Positions 20,833-31,483 of a DNA stretch of 64,000 nucleotides are shown here, piece by piece. The position numbers were made by a program, and so were the translations under genes. How positions within the stretch are numbered: the stretch's first letter is position 1; each line of letters starts with the position of its first letter. The notes beneath the pieces are model-generated. The model saw only the letters and a list, made by a program, of their open reading frames with translations. It was not told where the DNA came from and searched no databases. This DNA is from Roseibacillus sp. (GTDB lineage Bacteria; Verrucomicrobiota; Verrucomicrobiia; Verrucomicrobiales; Akkermansiaceae). Where the stretch lies: assembly GCA_051251855.1 (NCBI GenBank), contig JBPOGI010000002.1, forward strand, positions 96,001-160,000, read 5' to 3'.

Positions 20833-22305
20833 TTAGGCTTTGCCGGGGAGGGTGTTGGCGGTGTAATAGAAGAGGCGATTCTGGATGGTTTCGCCGCTTT
20901 TGCTTTTAAGGGCGGGGAGGTTGAGTTGGTAGACTTTTCCAGGAACGAAATCTTGGAGCTGAAGGGAAATCGTCTGTGGGTCGAGTTGTTTGTGCTGGGT
21001 GACGGGGTGGATGAGTTTGTTTTCCTGAGGGGAGCCATAGGTCCACTTGGATTGGTAGGTGAAGGATTGGAACTGGAAGGTGGATGAATTGAGTGTTTCG
21101 GGTAGTTCTTGGGTAAAAGTGAGTTTGAAGCCATTGGGAGTGATTTCGAATTTTTCGATGTCGAAGGGTTGTTCGCTTTTCTTGGCGGTGAGGCGTTGGA
21201 TGCCTTCGGCGGGGGCTCCCCAACCGCGCACGGTTTGGCCAATATAGAGCTGCTGGCCGTCGGGTGAGAAGCGGACACGGTGGTTGCCGGAGCGGAGTCC
21301 ACCGCCATCGAGAAAGTGGGTGCAGGCACCTTGCCATTGTCCATTGACCTTCTCTAACATGATGCGGGTGATGCGGGTGCTGTTGTTGTCTGGCAGAAGC
21401 ATTTGTCCTGGGAAGTGGGGGAAGGTGTCGGGTATGATGAAAGGCTCGCCGGCTGAGCGGTTCATTTCTTTGTGAGGGATTTGGACGGCGGGGAGGGTGC
21501 GGTGTTGGTTGTAGGCTTCGAGGTCGTCGCGAAAAGTGGCGAGGGGGTCTTTGTCGGCAGGCCAGCTAGGGTCCCAGACGAGGCTGTTGGGGTGACCGTA
21601 AAATTTGTTTTTCTCGAGAAAATAGAGAGGGGTGGTAGCGCGCCAGTCGCCCTGGTTATCTCCGCACCAGAGGTTGCCTTCGGGGTCGCGGTGGATGCCA
21701 TTGTGCATGCGGAAGCCATAACAGAAGGGGGTGAGGTTTCCTTGGGCGTCGCAGTGGAGGGTGGTGCCTTTCCATTTCACGGCGGCGAAGTTGCGACCAC
21801 GGCGTCCGAATTCGGAGTATTCGCCGAGAGTGTGTTCGGCGGTGGGGCCGTTGTGGGACGCGGTGCCGATGGCGAGGTAGTAGCCGCCGTTGCCGTCGTC
21901 GGTGATGGCGTTGGTTTCATGGTAGTTGCCGGAGAGTCCCCAGCCGGAGGCGAAGGCGCGATATTGGTCGGCGGTTCCGTCTTGATTGGTGTCGGTAGCC
22001 TCGGTGAATTCAGCCATTTGGGTGACGCGTATTTTGTCACGAGAAAGGGCGTCGATGCCGCAGCCGTTGTGGAAGCCAGTGGCAAAGTGCTGCCAATCCC
22101 ACTTTGTGGAGTCGGGTTGTGGGGTGGCGCGGAAGACGTCGCCACGGCGAAGAACGACGAAGAAGGTGCCGTCGGGAGCGAAGTCGATGGCTCCCACTTC
22201 GGGAGGGCAGGACTCGGGGAGAGCGATGTTTTCGACGCGGTAGGGGGAGGCGAGGAGAGCTTGGATTTGGAAGGTGAAGAGAGCTAAGGCCGCAAAAGTT
22301 TTCAT
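20833..22305 (-). CDS. Secreted beta-propeller protein (sorbosone/glucose dehydrogenase-like partner of adjacent cytochrome c)
   Basis: Signal peptide; EVGAIDFAPDG, DTNQDGTAD, GFRMHNG, GDNQGDW, FYGHP. Confidence 0.65.
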   Translation of the reverse strand: MKTFAALALFTFQIQALLASPYRVENIALPESCPPEVGAIDFAPDGTFFVVLRRGDVFRATPQPDSTKWDWQHFATGFHNGCGIDALSRDKIRVTQMAEFTEATDTNQDGTADQYRAFASGWGLSGNYHETNAITDDGNGGYYLAIGTASHNGPTAEHTLGEYSEFGRRGRNFAAVKWKGTTLHCDAQGNLTPFCYGFRMHNGIHRDPEGNLWCGDNQGDWRATTPLYFLEKNKFYGHPNSLVWDPSWPADKDPLATFRDDLEAYNQHRTLPAVQIPHKEMNRSAGEPFIIPDTFPHFPGQMLLPDNNSTRITRIMLEKVNGQWQGACTHFLDGGGLRSGNHRVRFSPDGQQLYIGQTVRGWGAPAEGIQRLTAKKSEQPFDIEKFEITPNGFKLTFTQELPETLNSSTFQFQSFTYQSKWTYGSPQENKLIHPVTQHKQLDPQTISLQLQDFVPGKVYQLNLPALKSKSGETIQNRLFYYTANTLPGKA

Positions 22306-22314
22306 GATGTTGTT

Positions 22315-23280
22315 CTACTCGGCAGAGGGGTTGGGGAGGGACTTGATGTAAAGGATGAGGGACTGGAGTTCTTTGTCCTTGAGTTGGTAGGGAGGCATGT
22401 AATTGGGGGGGAAGCCTTTGGCTGTTTTGGCGTTGGGGCTGAGGATGGATTCTTTAAGATAGGATTCGTCGGCGAGGATGGGTTCGCCATTTTCAATTTC
22501 GCGGGTTTGGCCAAAGAGTCCAGCGAGAGAGGGACCGTGGCCAAGGCTACCGTCGACGGAATGGCAAGCGATGCATCCATAGGCGAGGAAGACTTTTTCA
22601 CCGGATTCGGCGTCGGCGGTTTCAATCTTGATGGTGCGGTCGAAGCCGGAATGGCGGGAGATGATTTTGCCGGTCACGACTTGGACGTCTTTGCTGCCAT
22701 CAGTGGTGATGGTGTTGTGAAAGCTCAGGGGTTCTTCGGAAGGGGAGAGGGTTTGGGAGAGTTTTTTTTCTCCAAGTTGATAGTGAAAGGTGGGAGAGCC
22801 AGAGGGGGAGAGGTCGTAGCCGATGAATTTTGGTGCTTCACGTTCTTCGGGTTGAGCGAGGTAGAAGAGGTTTCCAACGAGGCGAGGGACATAATCGAAA
22901 GAGCGGCGGCCGCCTTTCTCAATGTCGCCCCAGTAAGGATACATGTCGAGAAAGCCACCTTGCCAAGCGTAGAGGACGCGGCACTCGGTGGTGTCGAAGA
23001 CGTAGGAGAGCGCGGGGCCATGGTTGACTGCGATGGCGGCGGGGATGGTTTTGAGCATCTCATACTCGCCTTTGACATCGCGTCCTTTGCCAGGGTTGTA
23101 TTTGGGGGATTTGGAGGCTTCGTAATGGTGGCTGAGGACGGCGGGGTCGAGGCCGGGGTCGGGAAGGTATGTGCGAAGGATGAGGGGGCTATCGATAGAG
23201 CCCAGGGGAGTGGAGTCGTAGGTGAGGGGCTCGGCGGCGAGAGTACCGGCTAGAATGAAAGAAAGGAGGAGTCGCATCAC
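22315..23280 (-). CDS. Secreted protein with C-terminal class I cytochrome c domain
   Basis: GCIACHSVDG..GPSLAG, YLKESILSP, MPPY (Met ligand); start may be ATG 23277. Confidence 0.85.
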   Translation of the reverse strand: MMRLLLSFILAGTLAAEPLTYDSTPLGSIDSPLILRTYLPDPGLDPAVLSHHYEASKSPKYNPGKGRDVKGEYEMLKTIPAAIAVNHGPALSYVFDTTECRVLYAWQGGFLDMYPYWGDIEKGGRRSFDYVPRLVGNLFYLAQPEEREAPKFIGYDLSPSGSPTFHYQLGEKKLSQTLSPSEEPLSFHNTITTDGSKDVQVVTGKIISRHSGFDRTIKIETADAESGEKVFLAYGCIACHSVDGSLGHGPSLAGLFGQTREIENGEPILADESYLKESILSPNAKTAKGFPPNYMPPYQLKDKELQSLILYIKSLPNPSAE

Positions 23281-23390
23281 GTGTGAAGGTTACTTGGTTG
23301 AGAAGGGTGGTCCTGCATTTTTTTTGTCGCTAAACGAGGTGAAGGAGTTTTTTCGCTTTGGTCCTTCCGGTTTGGCCTTAGGTTGCGGCC

Positions 23391-24266
23391 TTGAACTGGA
23401 TATTGAGTGGGGCGGTGCTTTTGCCGTTGTTGGGCGCGCTCTTGCACCCTCCTTTGGGTTGGCTGATCCAGAAAGGGGAAGGGGAAGGCGTGCCGATGTC
23501 GGTCACGGTGGCGGTGGCCAATTTGGCGACGGTGCTCCTTTTTGCGCTTTATCTTAGGCCTGATTGGAGTTTGCCGTGGGGCGCAATGGATGCGTTTGCG
23601 CTTCTCAATGGGGTCTTCTTTTTTGGGGGCTTTTGGTTTTCGGTGCAAGCGGTCAAGGCTGGGGACTTGGTGGTCCATACTTCGGCCCTTGGGGTTAAGC
23701 TTCTCATTGTGGCGGTGCTGTCGATCGCGATTGGCTTGGAGCAAGGGAGTCTTGCTTTGGTGGGGGCCGTGGTGCTGGCGGCGGTGGCAATTTTCCTGCT
23801 CGCGGGGGGAAACCTCAAGGGATGGCAGAAGCACCGTGCGACGCTGGGTTGGACTTTGGTGGGAACCACTCTGTTTGGGCTGAGCGATATTTTTTCGGCT
23901 TGGAAGGCATCGGAAATCGGAGCCCCAAGGTGGCTAATGTTGATGATTTCGGGGAGCGGCCTTTGCTCGGTGTTGGCTTTGATTCCGAAGGCCAAGTTGG
24001 TGCGGCGAGCGGTTGAGCGACCAAAGGTGCGCTGGATTCTCTGCGGCTTGGGTCTCCTGATGGGGGTGCAGGCGATTCTGGTGAATACGGCCTTTACGGT
24101 CTATCGGGAGCCGATGGTGACGAATGTTGTCTTTGCGAGCAGAGGGTTGATGACGATTCCCTTCCTGATGCTAGTGCATCGGAGTTGGCGGGGAGTCGTT
24201 GATTTCAAGACACTCGGCGGAGCTGTCTTGATGCTGGTGGCGATTGGGATGGCCGTCTGGGAATAG
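23391..24266 (+). CDS. DMT/EamA-like membrane protein
   Basis: About 10 hydrophobic segments in two similar halves, 291 aa. Confidence 0.65.
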   Translation: MNWILSGAVLLPLLGALLHPPLGWLIQKGEGEGVPMSVTVAVANLATVLLFALYLRPDWSLPWGAMDAFALLNGVFFFGGFWFSVQAVKAGDLVVHTSALGVKLLIVAVLSIAIGLEQGSLALVGAVVLAAVAIFLLAGGNLKGWQKHRATLGWTLVGTTLFGLSDIFSAWKASEIGAPRWLMLMISGSGLCSVLALIPKAKLVRRAVERPKVRWILCGLGLLMGVQAILVNTAFTVYREPMVTNVVFASRGLMTIPFLMLVHRSWRGVVDFKTLGGAVLMLVAIGMAVWE

Positions 24267-24282
24267 AGGCTGTCGCTGTGCT

Positions 24283-24975
24283 CTATTCGATTCCAATGCT
24301 CTGGTCGATTGGCTGCACGTTTCCGGTGGGTGCTGGGATGGCGCCGCCCGAATCAGGGGTGAGCATGGGAGTGGGCCGATCGACGGGAGTGGTAGGGATA
24401 AGAATCTCGGTGGGCTTTCTCTCGGGTGAGGCCGGGGTAATAGCGCTGGGCGCCGTAGTAGTGGTGTTTGATGGAGGAGGGATGAGAGATGAGCCACTCG
24501 ATTCGAGAGGGACTTCAGGGATGCTTGCGGGGGCGAAGTCGTCGGTGCTGCGCTGCAGAGGAGCGCTGGGTGGGGGTGGCAGGAAGGGGGTCGAATCCAT
24601 AGCGCTCGACTGCTCAGCGACCATGATGGTTGGGACGTAGCCGACGGTTCCGCCTTCAAGCTCGACTTTTAGGTAAGAGCCCTTTGTGGAGATGACTTTA
24701 AGGGGAGATCCTTTGCTGAGCACTTGGTCGGCAGAAGCGCTGCCACGTGGGATTTTGTAGAAAAAGGTGGAGTTAGGCATGGCTGTTTCCACCCATTCTC
24801 CGGGATTGTAGGTCGGCCCAGTGGGCTGAAACCCTTGGCTCCGCGAGGTCGAGACGCTTGGTCCATCAAGTGGATTGTAGTCACTCGTGATAGGCTCTTG
24901 GAGTGTGGAAGCAATCTGCGCGCAACTTGCGAGAGAGAAGGTTGCGGCGAGGGGAAGCAATCTGCTGCTTTTCAT
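24283..24975 (-). CDS. Lipoprotein with SH3-like domain and Pro-rich tail
   Basis: Lipobox LASC; LSKGSPLKVISTKGSYLKVELEGGTVGYVP. Confidence 0.7.
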   Translation of the reverse strand: MKSSRLLPLAATFSLASCAQIASTLQEPITSDYNPLDGPSVSTSRSQGFQPTGPTYNPGEWVETAMPNSTFFYKIPRGSASADQVLSKGSPLKVISTKGSYLKVELEGGTVGYVPTIMVAEQSSAMDSTPFLPPPPSAPLQRSTDDFAPASIPEVPLESSGSSLIPPPSNTTTTAPSAITPASPERKPTEILIPTTPVDRPTPMLTPDSGGAIPAPTGNVQPIDQSIGIE

Positions 24976-25062
24976 GCCGCAAAGATGACTAGCGCAGTCG
25001 ATGTGGTCAATGTGATTTACTGGGGAGGAGGAACTCTTTTTTGTTCTCTGCTCGATTTGGTA

Positions 25063-25926
25063 TCAAGTCAACTCATCGACCCGTTCCCGCAAAGCAACTT
25101 GCCAGTCCTTCATGGGAAACCCCAGCGCTAGGAGGCGAGTGGGGGACATGGCGGTATGAATAGGGCGATTGGCTCGCAGGGCAGGAATGTCGTTCAGGCT
25201 GCGAGCGGTGACGGAGAGAGGCGCGGGAGTGAGGCCGGATTGGTGGGCTGCGTCTGCGACGGCGACGGCATAGCTATGCCAACTGACGGGTTCGTCGGCG
25301 GTATGGGTGATGTGGAAAAGCCCAGTCTCGGAGCGGGCGAGGAGGAAGTCGAGGGCGCGAGCCATTTCCCTTGCGGAGGTCGGCATGGAGTATTTGTCGG
25401 CCACTCCTTCGAGGGCGGTTCCTTCTTTGATTTGGCGAAGGACTTTCTCGAGAAAACTCTCTCCGTTGGAGCCAAAGACCCAAGAAACACGTGCGACCAG
25501 AGCGGCCGGGTGCCGATCGAGAACGGTTTGTTCACCCGAGAGCTTGGTCTTTCCATAAATATTGTTGGGATAGCAGTCGGCGGTCTCGTCCTTGAAGCCT
25601 GAGACCTGACCATCGAGGACGTAGTCGGTTGAGAAATGAATCAAGGGGCGTTCTTTATGAGCGCAGACTTCTGCCATTGTCGCGGGGGCATGGACGTTGA
25701 CTTGGTTCGCGAGGTCTGGGTTGTTCTCACAGCCTTCGGGGGTTGAAATGGCGGCGGGATTGACGAGAAGGTCGAAGTCGGTTTTCTGAAGAAAACTTTC
25801 TAATGCATTGGTGTCCGTCAGATCGACGACCTTTCGGGTGAGGGAGATGACCTCGTGGTTGTCTTGCCAATAGCGGGCGAGAAAGCCTCCCACCTTGCCT
25901 GTAGTTCCGGTCAAGAGAATGCGCAT
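25063..25926 (-). CDS. rfbD: dTDP-4-dehydrorhamnose reductase
   Basis: ILLTGTTGKVG, HFSTDYVLDG, YGKTKLSGE, RVSWVFG. Confidence 0.85.
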   Translation of the reverse strand: MRILLTGTTGKVGGFLARYWQDNHEVISLTRKVVDLTDTNALESFLQKTDFDLLVNPAAISTPEGCENNPDLANQVNVHAPATMAEVCAHKERPLIHFSTDYVLDGQVSGFKDETADCYPNNIYGKTKLSGEQTVLDRHPAALVARVSWVFGSNGESFLEKVLRQIKEGTALEGVADKYSMPTSAREMARALDFLLARSETGLFHITHTADEPVSWHSYAVAVADAAHQSGLTPAPLSVTARSLNDIPALRANRPIHTAMSPTRLLALGFPMKDWQVALRERVDELT

Positions 25927-26001
25927 GGCTGAAGTCTAGCGCCCTATTGAAAAACTCAACCAAAACTCGTCTTTGGCTGCAATTCTGCTAGAGCTAGGGG
26001 T

Positions 26002-27318
26002 ATGTTACCTCAAGAAATTATTCGTAAAAAGAGAGATGGAGAAGTCCTCGCCAAGGAGGAGATTTTGCTCTTTGCGAGTGGAATCGGTGATGGAACGATT
26101 TCGGAAGGACAGATTGCGGCCTTTGCGATGGCGGTGTTTTTCAAAGGGATGACCCTCGATGAGCGAGTGGCGCTGACGGAGGGGATGCGGGATTCCGGAT
26201 CTGTGCTGCGATGGGAGGGGATGGATGGTCCGGTGATCGACAAGCATTCGACAGGCGGAGTGGGGGACAATGTGTCGTTGATGTTGGGGCCGCTGGTGGC
26301 TGCTTGTGGAGGGTTCGTGCCGATGATTTCAGGCAGAGGATTGGGGCATACGGGGGGGACGCTGGATAAGCTGGATAGCATCCCGGGTTACAACACTTCG
26401 CCTGACGAAGCGGTATTGCGCAAGGTGGTCGCGGACTGTGGAGTGGCGATCATCGGGCAGACTGGGGAGTTGGCTCCGGCAGACAAGAGGTTCTATGCCA
26501 CTCGCGATGTCACCGCGACTGTGGAGTCCATTGACCTGATCACAGCTTCGATTCTATCGAAAAAGTTGGCGGCTGGCTTAGAGGCTTTGGTGATGGACGT
26601 TAAGACGGGAAATGGGGCCTTCATGGCGACCTACGAAGAGTCCCGTCAGTTAGCGGAAAGCATTGTGGGGGTGGCGAATGGCGCTGGGGTTAAGACGAGT
26701 GCGCTCATCACCGACATGAATGAACCCCTTTGCAGCGCAGCAGGGAACGCGGTGGAGGTAAGGGATGCGATTTCGTATCTTACCGGAGCAAATCAAAGGC
26801 CGCGATTGCACGAGGTTGTGATGGATTTGTCCGCGGAGTTGTTAGTGCTCGGTGGTCTCCATGAGGATAACAAAGCGGCTCGGGAAGCTCTGGAAGAAGC
26901 GCTTTCTTCGGGGCGGGCAGCTGAGGTTTTTGCCAAGATGGTGAGCGGACTCGGGGGACCTTCTGATTTGCTGGACAAAGTGGATGAGTATTTGCCCAAA
27001 GCTCCCGTCGTTTGCGAAGTGCCGGCCCCCAAGGCTGGTTTTGTGGGAGCGATGGATACGCGTGGGCTCGGCTTGGTCGTTGTGGAATTGGGAGGAGGGC
27101 GTCGGCGTGCGGAAGACAGTATCGACTATGCGGTTGGTTTGAGCGATTTTGTGGAGCAGGGGCAGCAAGTGGAAGTAGGACAAGCTCTTTGCCGTGTTCA
27201 TGCGCAGGACGAAGCCATAGCAAACCAAGTGGTGTCGCAAGTGCAGCAAGCGATGAAGATTGGTGAGGCCGCTGTTGAATCACGATCTGTGGTAAACGAA
27301 GTGGTTCGAGAGGGATAG
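26002..27318 (+). CDS. deoA: Thymidine phosphorylase
   Basis: [51 protein letters not shown]. Confidence 0.95.
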   Translation: MLPQEIIRKKRDGEVLAKEEILLFASGIGDGTISEGQIAAFAMAVFFKGMTLDERVALTEGMRDSGSVLRWEGMDGPVIDKHSTGGVGDNVSLMLGPLVAACGGFVPMISGRGLGHTGGTLDKLDSIPGYNTSPDEAVLRKVVADCGVAIIGQTGELAPADKRFYATRDVTATVESIDLITASILSKKLAAGLEALVMDVKTGNGAFMATYEESRQLAESIVGVANGAGVKTSALITDMNEPLCSAAGNAVEVRDAISYLTGANQRPRLHEVVMDLSAELLVLGGLHEDNKAAREALEEALSSGRAAEVFAKMVSGLGGPSDLLDKVDEYLPKAPVVCEVPAPKAGFVGAMDTRGLGLVVVELGGGRRRAEDSIDYAVGLSDFVEQGQQVEVGQALCRVHAQDEAIANQVVSQVQQAMKIGEAAVESRSVVNEVVREG

Positions 27319-27366
27319 GCGAGTTCTTTTTGTTGCCGTTGAATTTCTTTCGAGCCATCATACTGA

Positions 27367-27915
27367 ATGAATTCGTCGGCGGGAAGTCCACTGCCAGCTA
27401 CCGATCCTCTCTATCCTCGCGCCAGCGGTGAAAAGCGGTTGCTTAACTTCGTCATTGATTCCATCACCTGCTTTGCGATTACGGTAGGGCTGGAGCTGGT
27501 CACAAACATATACGCTGGCTCCTTCAGCACCGGTCGATTCTGGAGCGTCTTCGAAACTTGGAGTCCTTTTGCGCTCGTACTGGTTGCGACGGCCTACTAC
27601 CTCTTCATGGAATTGTTTACACAGAGGACTTTGGGCAAGATTCTCACGAATACTCTTGTTGAAACTATCGCGGGAGAGAAGCCAACCCTAGGCCAATTCG
27701 TCACGAGAACCTTTGCTCGCTTTCTTCCTTTCGAGCTCTTCACCTTTCTCGGTCCATCGGGCGAAGGCCTTCATGACTCTCTCTCAGAGACACGCGTTAT
27801 TGATACCTCGAAGCCTCCGGTTTTCTTCAAGAAGAACAATCCGAACGAACAAAGAATCCGACCCTCTGAGGGAAAGCCTATTCCGATTGACCGGAGCGAG
27901 ATGGCGTCGTGGTAG
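27367..27915 (+). CDS. RDD family membrane protein
   Basis: KRLLNFVID, RTLGK, RTFARFLP, GLHDSLSETRV. Confidence 0.85.
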   Translation: MNSSAGSPLPATDPLYPRASGEKRLLNFVIDSITCFAITVGLELVTNIYAGSFSTGRFWSVFETWSPFALVLVATAYYLFMELFTQRTLGKILTNTLVETIAGEKPTLGQFVTRTFARFLPFELFTFLGPSGEGLHDSLSETRVIDTSKPPVFFKKNNPNEQRIRPSEGKPIPIDRSEMASW

Positions 27916-27980
27916 GCTCTAATCGATTGGGGACGACAGAAGTCGAGCCTCCTATCTGGAAAGAACGTTTTTTCCATTTT

Positions 27981-28184
27981 ATACCATTTGAGCAGTTAAA
28001 TTGGTGCAATGGTCGGAGTCAGGTTTTCCAAGACCAAGGCGCGCCGAGGGAGGAGTGCGAGCACTCTGACCGAGAAGCAACGCGGGTATTGGGAAACTTG
28101 GCCCGACTTTCTGAGTGCTCGCGCAGCGCTTTTCTTAGGACCAAAAATAAAACCATTACATCGATTTAACTGTGAGAATGGTAT
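27981..28184. mobile_element. ~204 bp MITE-like palindromic element with ATACC...GGTAT ends
   Basis: Left end ATACCATTTGAGCAGTTAAATTGGTGCAATGG; reverse complement of right end ATACCATTCTCACAGTTAAATCGATGTAATGG; lies between convergent genes. Confidence 0.75.
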
Positions 28185-28201
28185 TAGCGGAGCGCAGTTG
28201 A

Positions 28202-28603
28202 CTAGGCTTCTCTATCGCCTTCCATTGCCTTGAGCATAATTTCCAGAGCGCCGCCGCTCATGACGATTTCTTTAGTCAAGCAGGCGAGGGAGCCGGCCAT
28301 GAGGGCCAGACCGATAGTGAACGAGGTGATCGCGATGGTCTGAAGTTCTGCCACGACTGTGAGCATGGCAATGACGCAGAGCAGCAGGCTGATGGCCCCG
28401 AGGAGTTGCATCCAGCGAATAAGGATGAGCCGGCGACGGAGGTTTTCGATTTGCGCAAGGAGAAGCTCGTCTTTGTTTTCTTTCCAGCTGGAGTGAAGGC
28501 TGCGCACGAGGGCCGAGAGGTGAAGAAAGCGATTGGTGAAGGAGAGAAACAGCAGGCTGATGGCGGGAAACAGGAGGGCAGGGGTGGAGACTTCGAGGGT
28601 CAT
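28202..28603 (-). CDS. DUF2721-like membrane protein
   Basis: TPALLFPAISLLFLSFTNRF, QIENLRRRLILIRWMQ; three hydrophobic segments. Confidence 0.8.
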   Translation of the reverse strand: MTLEVSTPALLFPAISLLFLSFTNRFLHLSALVRSLHSSWKENKDELLLAQIENLRRRLILIRWMQLLGAISLLLCVIAMLTVVAELQTIAITSFTIGLALMAGSLACLTKEIVMSGGALEIMLKAMEGDREA

Positions 28604-28677
28604 AGGCAGAGGGAGAATAGCTGGGGTGACGCTAAATTTCGATTGCTGATTTTGAGAGAGCTGGCATTTTTCTGCCG

Positions 28678-29115
28678 ATGAAAATAATCACGATATTCAC
28701 TGTTGGCATTCTTACTTTCACTTTGAGCGCATGCCTCAAGGAGAGTTCTTCTGTTCAGTCGGCTGAGAAGGTTGAGGCTGAAAAGGAGTCGGTGACCGTT
28801 GTCACAGCTGAGGAGGCGAAGAAGCTGCTCGCGACAGAAGAGGCTCCTCAGGTGATTGATGTTCGGACGGCGGAGGAGTTTAAAGAGGGCCATATTGAAG
28901 GTGCGAAGCAGATCGACTTCAAGGGAGAGAATTTTCGAGAGGAGCTTGCGAAGCTGGACCCTAAGAAGAGCTACCTCTTTCATTGCCGAAGCGGTAGCCG
29001 GAGCACGAAGACTTTACCCGTTTGGAAGGAGCTTGGGTTTGAGAAGCTTTATCACTTGGATACCGGTATTCAGGGGTGGGAAAAGGCGAAGGGAGAGACG
29101 GTTCAAGGGGAGTGA
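28678..29115 (+). CDS. Rhodanese-domain lipoprotein
   Basis: Lipobox LSAC; IDVRTAEEFKEGHIEGA, HCRSGSRS. Confidence 0.9.
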   Translation: MKIITIFTVGILTFTLSACLKESSSVQSAEKVEAEKESVTVVTAEEAKKLLATEEAPQVIDVRTAEEFKEGHIEGAKQIDFKGENFREELAKLDPKKSYLFHCRSGSRSTKTLPVWKELGFEKLYHLDTGIQGWEKAKGETVQGE

Positions 29116-29178
29116 CTCAGCGGGGTCCTCGAAACTTCGGTTCTTGTGATTTGAGTCTAGCTGCGCTTTGAAGAGAGG

Positions 29179-30162
29179 GTGATTCTTCGTCTTTTGCTGT
29201 TTTCGCTTCTTACGGAAGTCTGCCTAGGGGCGGAAAAGCCCGTGGAGCGGTTGGTTTTTGTCTCCTGTTTCAAGGAGTCGAGGAAGTCGGTGGGAATGGA
29301 AACGATTGCGGGGCTGAAGCCCGATGTCTTTATCTGGATGGGGGATAATATCTATGGGGACAGTGAGGATATGGCTGTTCTTGGGAAAAAGTATCAGCAG
29401 GTTCTGGACAATGTAGAATACCTAAGAATTCGGGAGACAAGCCACATCCTCGCGACTTGGGATGACCACGATTTGGGAGGCAATGATGTGGGGAAGGAAT
29501 TTGGACCAAAGAAAGAGTCGCAGCAGGAGTTTCTCGATTTTTTGGGAGTCGAGAAAGACAGTCCCAGACGCAAAAGGGAAGGAGTCTACCATTTTGAAGA
29601 CTTGGGACCGAAGGGTCAGCAGGTGCGGGTGATTCTTCTAGATACTCGGTATCACCGGGATGAGTTAGGCAGTGACGGCACGATTTTGGGCGAAGAACAG
29701 TGGCGATGGTTGGAGAAGTCTCTGCAAGAGAGTGCGGCTGAGGTGAATCTTTTGGTATCGTCGATTCAGGTTCTTCCGACTCAGCATCGGTTCGAGAAGT
29801 GGAGTGATTTTCCCAAGGATCGAGCTCGGTTATTGGCTCTACTGGCAGAAGAGGGGGTGCCGCCCGTCATTCTTCTGAGCGGTGACCGCCATTTGGGCGA
29901 AATCTCGTTGGATGAGACGAGTTGTGGCTATCCGTTGTTCGAAATCACCTCCAGTAGTTTAAATAGTAGCTTCGGAGGAAAGCCGAAGGAGGTTAATCGC
30001 TTCAGACTGGGAAAGAATTACGGCAGAAATAATTTCGGAACCTTAACTTTCGACTGGAAAGGCGATTTTCCCCAGATCGAAGCGGCTGTTTGTGATGAAA
30101 ATGGCTTTATTCAGCTGAAGGCGGCTATTTCTGTGGCAAAGCGGGCTGAGAAAAGGGAGTGA
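29179..30162 (+). CDS. Alkaline phosphatase D (PhoD) family protein
   Basis: WMGDNIYGD, ATWDDHD, LLDTRY, LSGDRH, EITSS. Confidence 0.9.
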   Translation: MILRLLLFSLLTEVCLGAEKPVERLVFVSCFKESRKSVGMETIAGLKPDVFIWMGDNIYGDSEDMAVLGKKYQQVLDNVEYLRIRETSHILATWDDHDLGGNDVGKEFGPKKESQQEFLDFLGVEKDSPRRKREGVYHFEDLGPKGQQVRVILLDTRYHRDELGSDGTILGEEQWRWLEKSLQESAAEVNLLVSSIQVLPTQHRFEKWSDFPKDRARLLALLAEEGVPPVILLSGDRHLGEISLDETSCGYPLFEITSSSLNSSFGGKPKEVNRFRLGKNYGRNNFGTLTFDWKGDFPQIEAAVCDENGFIQLKAAISVAKRAEKRE

Positions 30163-30310
30163 TCTTGAATTATCCTAAATTTTCAATAAAAAGAAGACTG
30201 AGTTGGAGCTGGTCTTTTGGAAACTTAGGCGTAAGTTTTCGCCGTAGTCGCACGTTGTGCACTGCAAGCGTGAGAGTCTTCTCTCACGCACCAAAACAAC
30301 CTCTATTAAT

Positions 30311-31423
30311 ATGGCACTGAATATACCGTTTCATCGGGTCAATTGGGTTAACACAGTCTTTCTTCTTGGGATTAGCTTTCTGGCAGTCGTCGGAGCACCC
30401 ATCTATCTTATCGTCAATGGCGGGACGGACTGGGTAACAGCGGGTCTCTTTCTCTTCTATCTCGTGGCGACAGGCTTGAGCATTACTTTGGGATATCATC
30501 GCTTGTTCTCTCACCTTTCCTTTAAGGCGAAGTGGCCTGTGCGTCTCTTCACGCTCGTTTTTGGTTCCTGTGCGTTTGAGAACTCAGCTCTCAACTGGTG
30601 TTCCGACCACCGCCGCCATCACAAGCATGTCGACGATGATGACGATCCCTATAACATCAATAATGGGTTCCTTTGGGCGCACATGGGTTGGATTCTTTTC
30701 AAGGTGAATCCCGAGCCACCGCTCGACAACGTTGCCGACCTCCGCAAGGACAAGTTGGTGATGTGGCAGCACAAACACGACAAGGCTATTGCTGGGATCG
30801 TGGGTCTTCTTCTTCCTGCTGTCATTGGTTACTTTACCGGTAATGGATGGATGGGCGCCTTGGGTGGCCTCTTGATCGTGGGAGCTCTTCGGGTCTTTTT
30901 GGTTCAGCAAAGCACCTTCTTTATTAACAGTCTTTGTCACTGTGTGGGTAATCGTCCTTACTCAAGTCGTTGTAGTGCGCGGGACAGCTTCGTAATGTCT
31001 CTCTTCACTTATGGAGAAGGTTATCACAACTATCACCACGAGTTTCAGCATGACTATCGCAATGGAGTGAAGCCTTGGAATTATGACCCAACTAAGTGGG
31101 CGATTTGGGCTTTGACCAAGGTGGGCTTGGCCTCGAATCTTCGTCGTGTCTCTCAGACTCGAATTCTTTTGGCTGAGATGGCCGAGGCTCGTCGTCACAC
31201 CGAAAATAAACTGGCTTCTTTGGAGGCTTCCGGTGCTAAGATTTGCCAAACCACTTTGAAGGCAGTGAAGGAGATGCAAGAAAAGCTCACCACCGCTTAC
31301 CACGAAATCGAAGGACAGGCCTCTCAGCGTGCGGAAGCTTCCCGCGAAACAATCGCCCGCTGGCGTAGCGAGACTCAGAACCTGATGGATCGTCTGGCAC
31401 AGCTCCGTCCACTGCCCGCATAG
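30311..31423 (+). CDS. Delta-9 acyl-CoA/acyl-lipid desaturase with C-terminal coiled coil
   Basis: His boxes HRLFSH, HRRHH, HNYHH; ATG 30311 chosen as start. Confidence 0.93.
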   Translation: MALNIPFHRVNWVNTVFLLGISFLAVVGAPIYLIVNGGTDWVTAGLFLFYLVATGLSITLGYHRLFSHLSFKAKWPVRLFTLVFGSCAFENSALNWCSDHRRHHKHVDDDDDPYNINNGFLWAHMGWILFKVNPEPPLDNVADLRKDKLVMWQHKHDKAIAGIVGLLLPAVIGYFTGNGWMGALGGLLIVGALRVFLVQQSTFFINSLCHCVGNRPYSSRCSARDSFVMSLFTYGEGYHNYHHEFQHDYRNGVKPWNYDPTKWAIWALTKVGLASNLRRVSQTRILLAEMAEARRHTENKLASLEASGAKICQTTLKAVKEMQEKLTTAYHEIEGQASQRAEASRETIARWRSETQNLMDRLAQLRPLPA

Positions 31424-31453
31424 GGTAAGGGACTAATACCGTTCACTTTCCAG

Positions 31454-31483
31454 AAACCCGAGAGGCTTCCTCTCGGGTTTTTT
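31454..31483 (+). terminator. Rho-independent terminator
   Basis: AAACCCGAGAGG-CTT-CCTCTCGGGTTT followed by a T-run. Confidence 0.85.
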
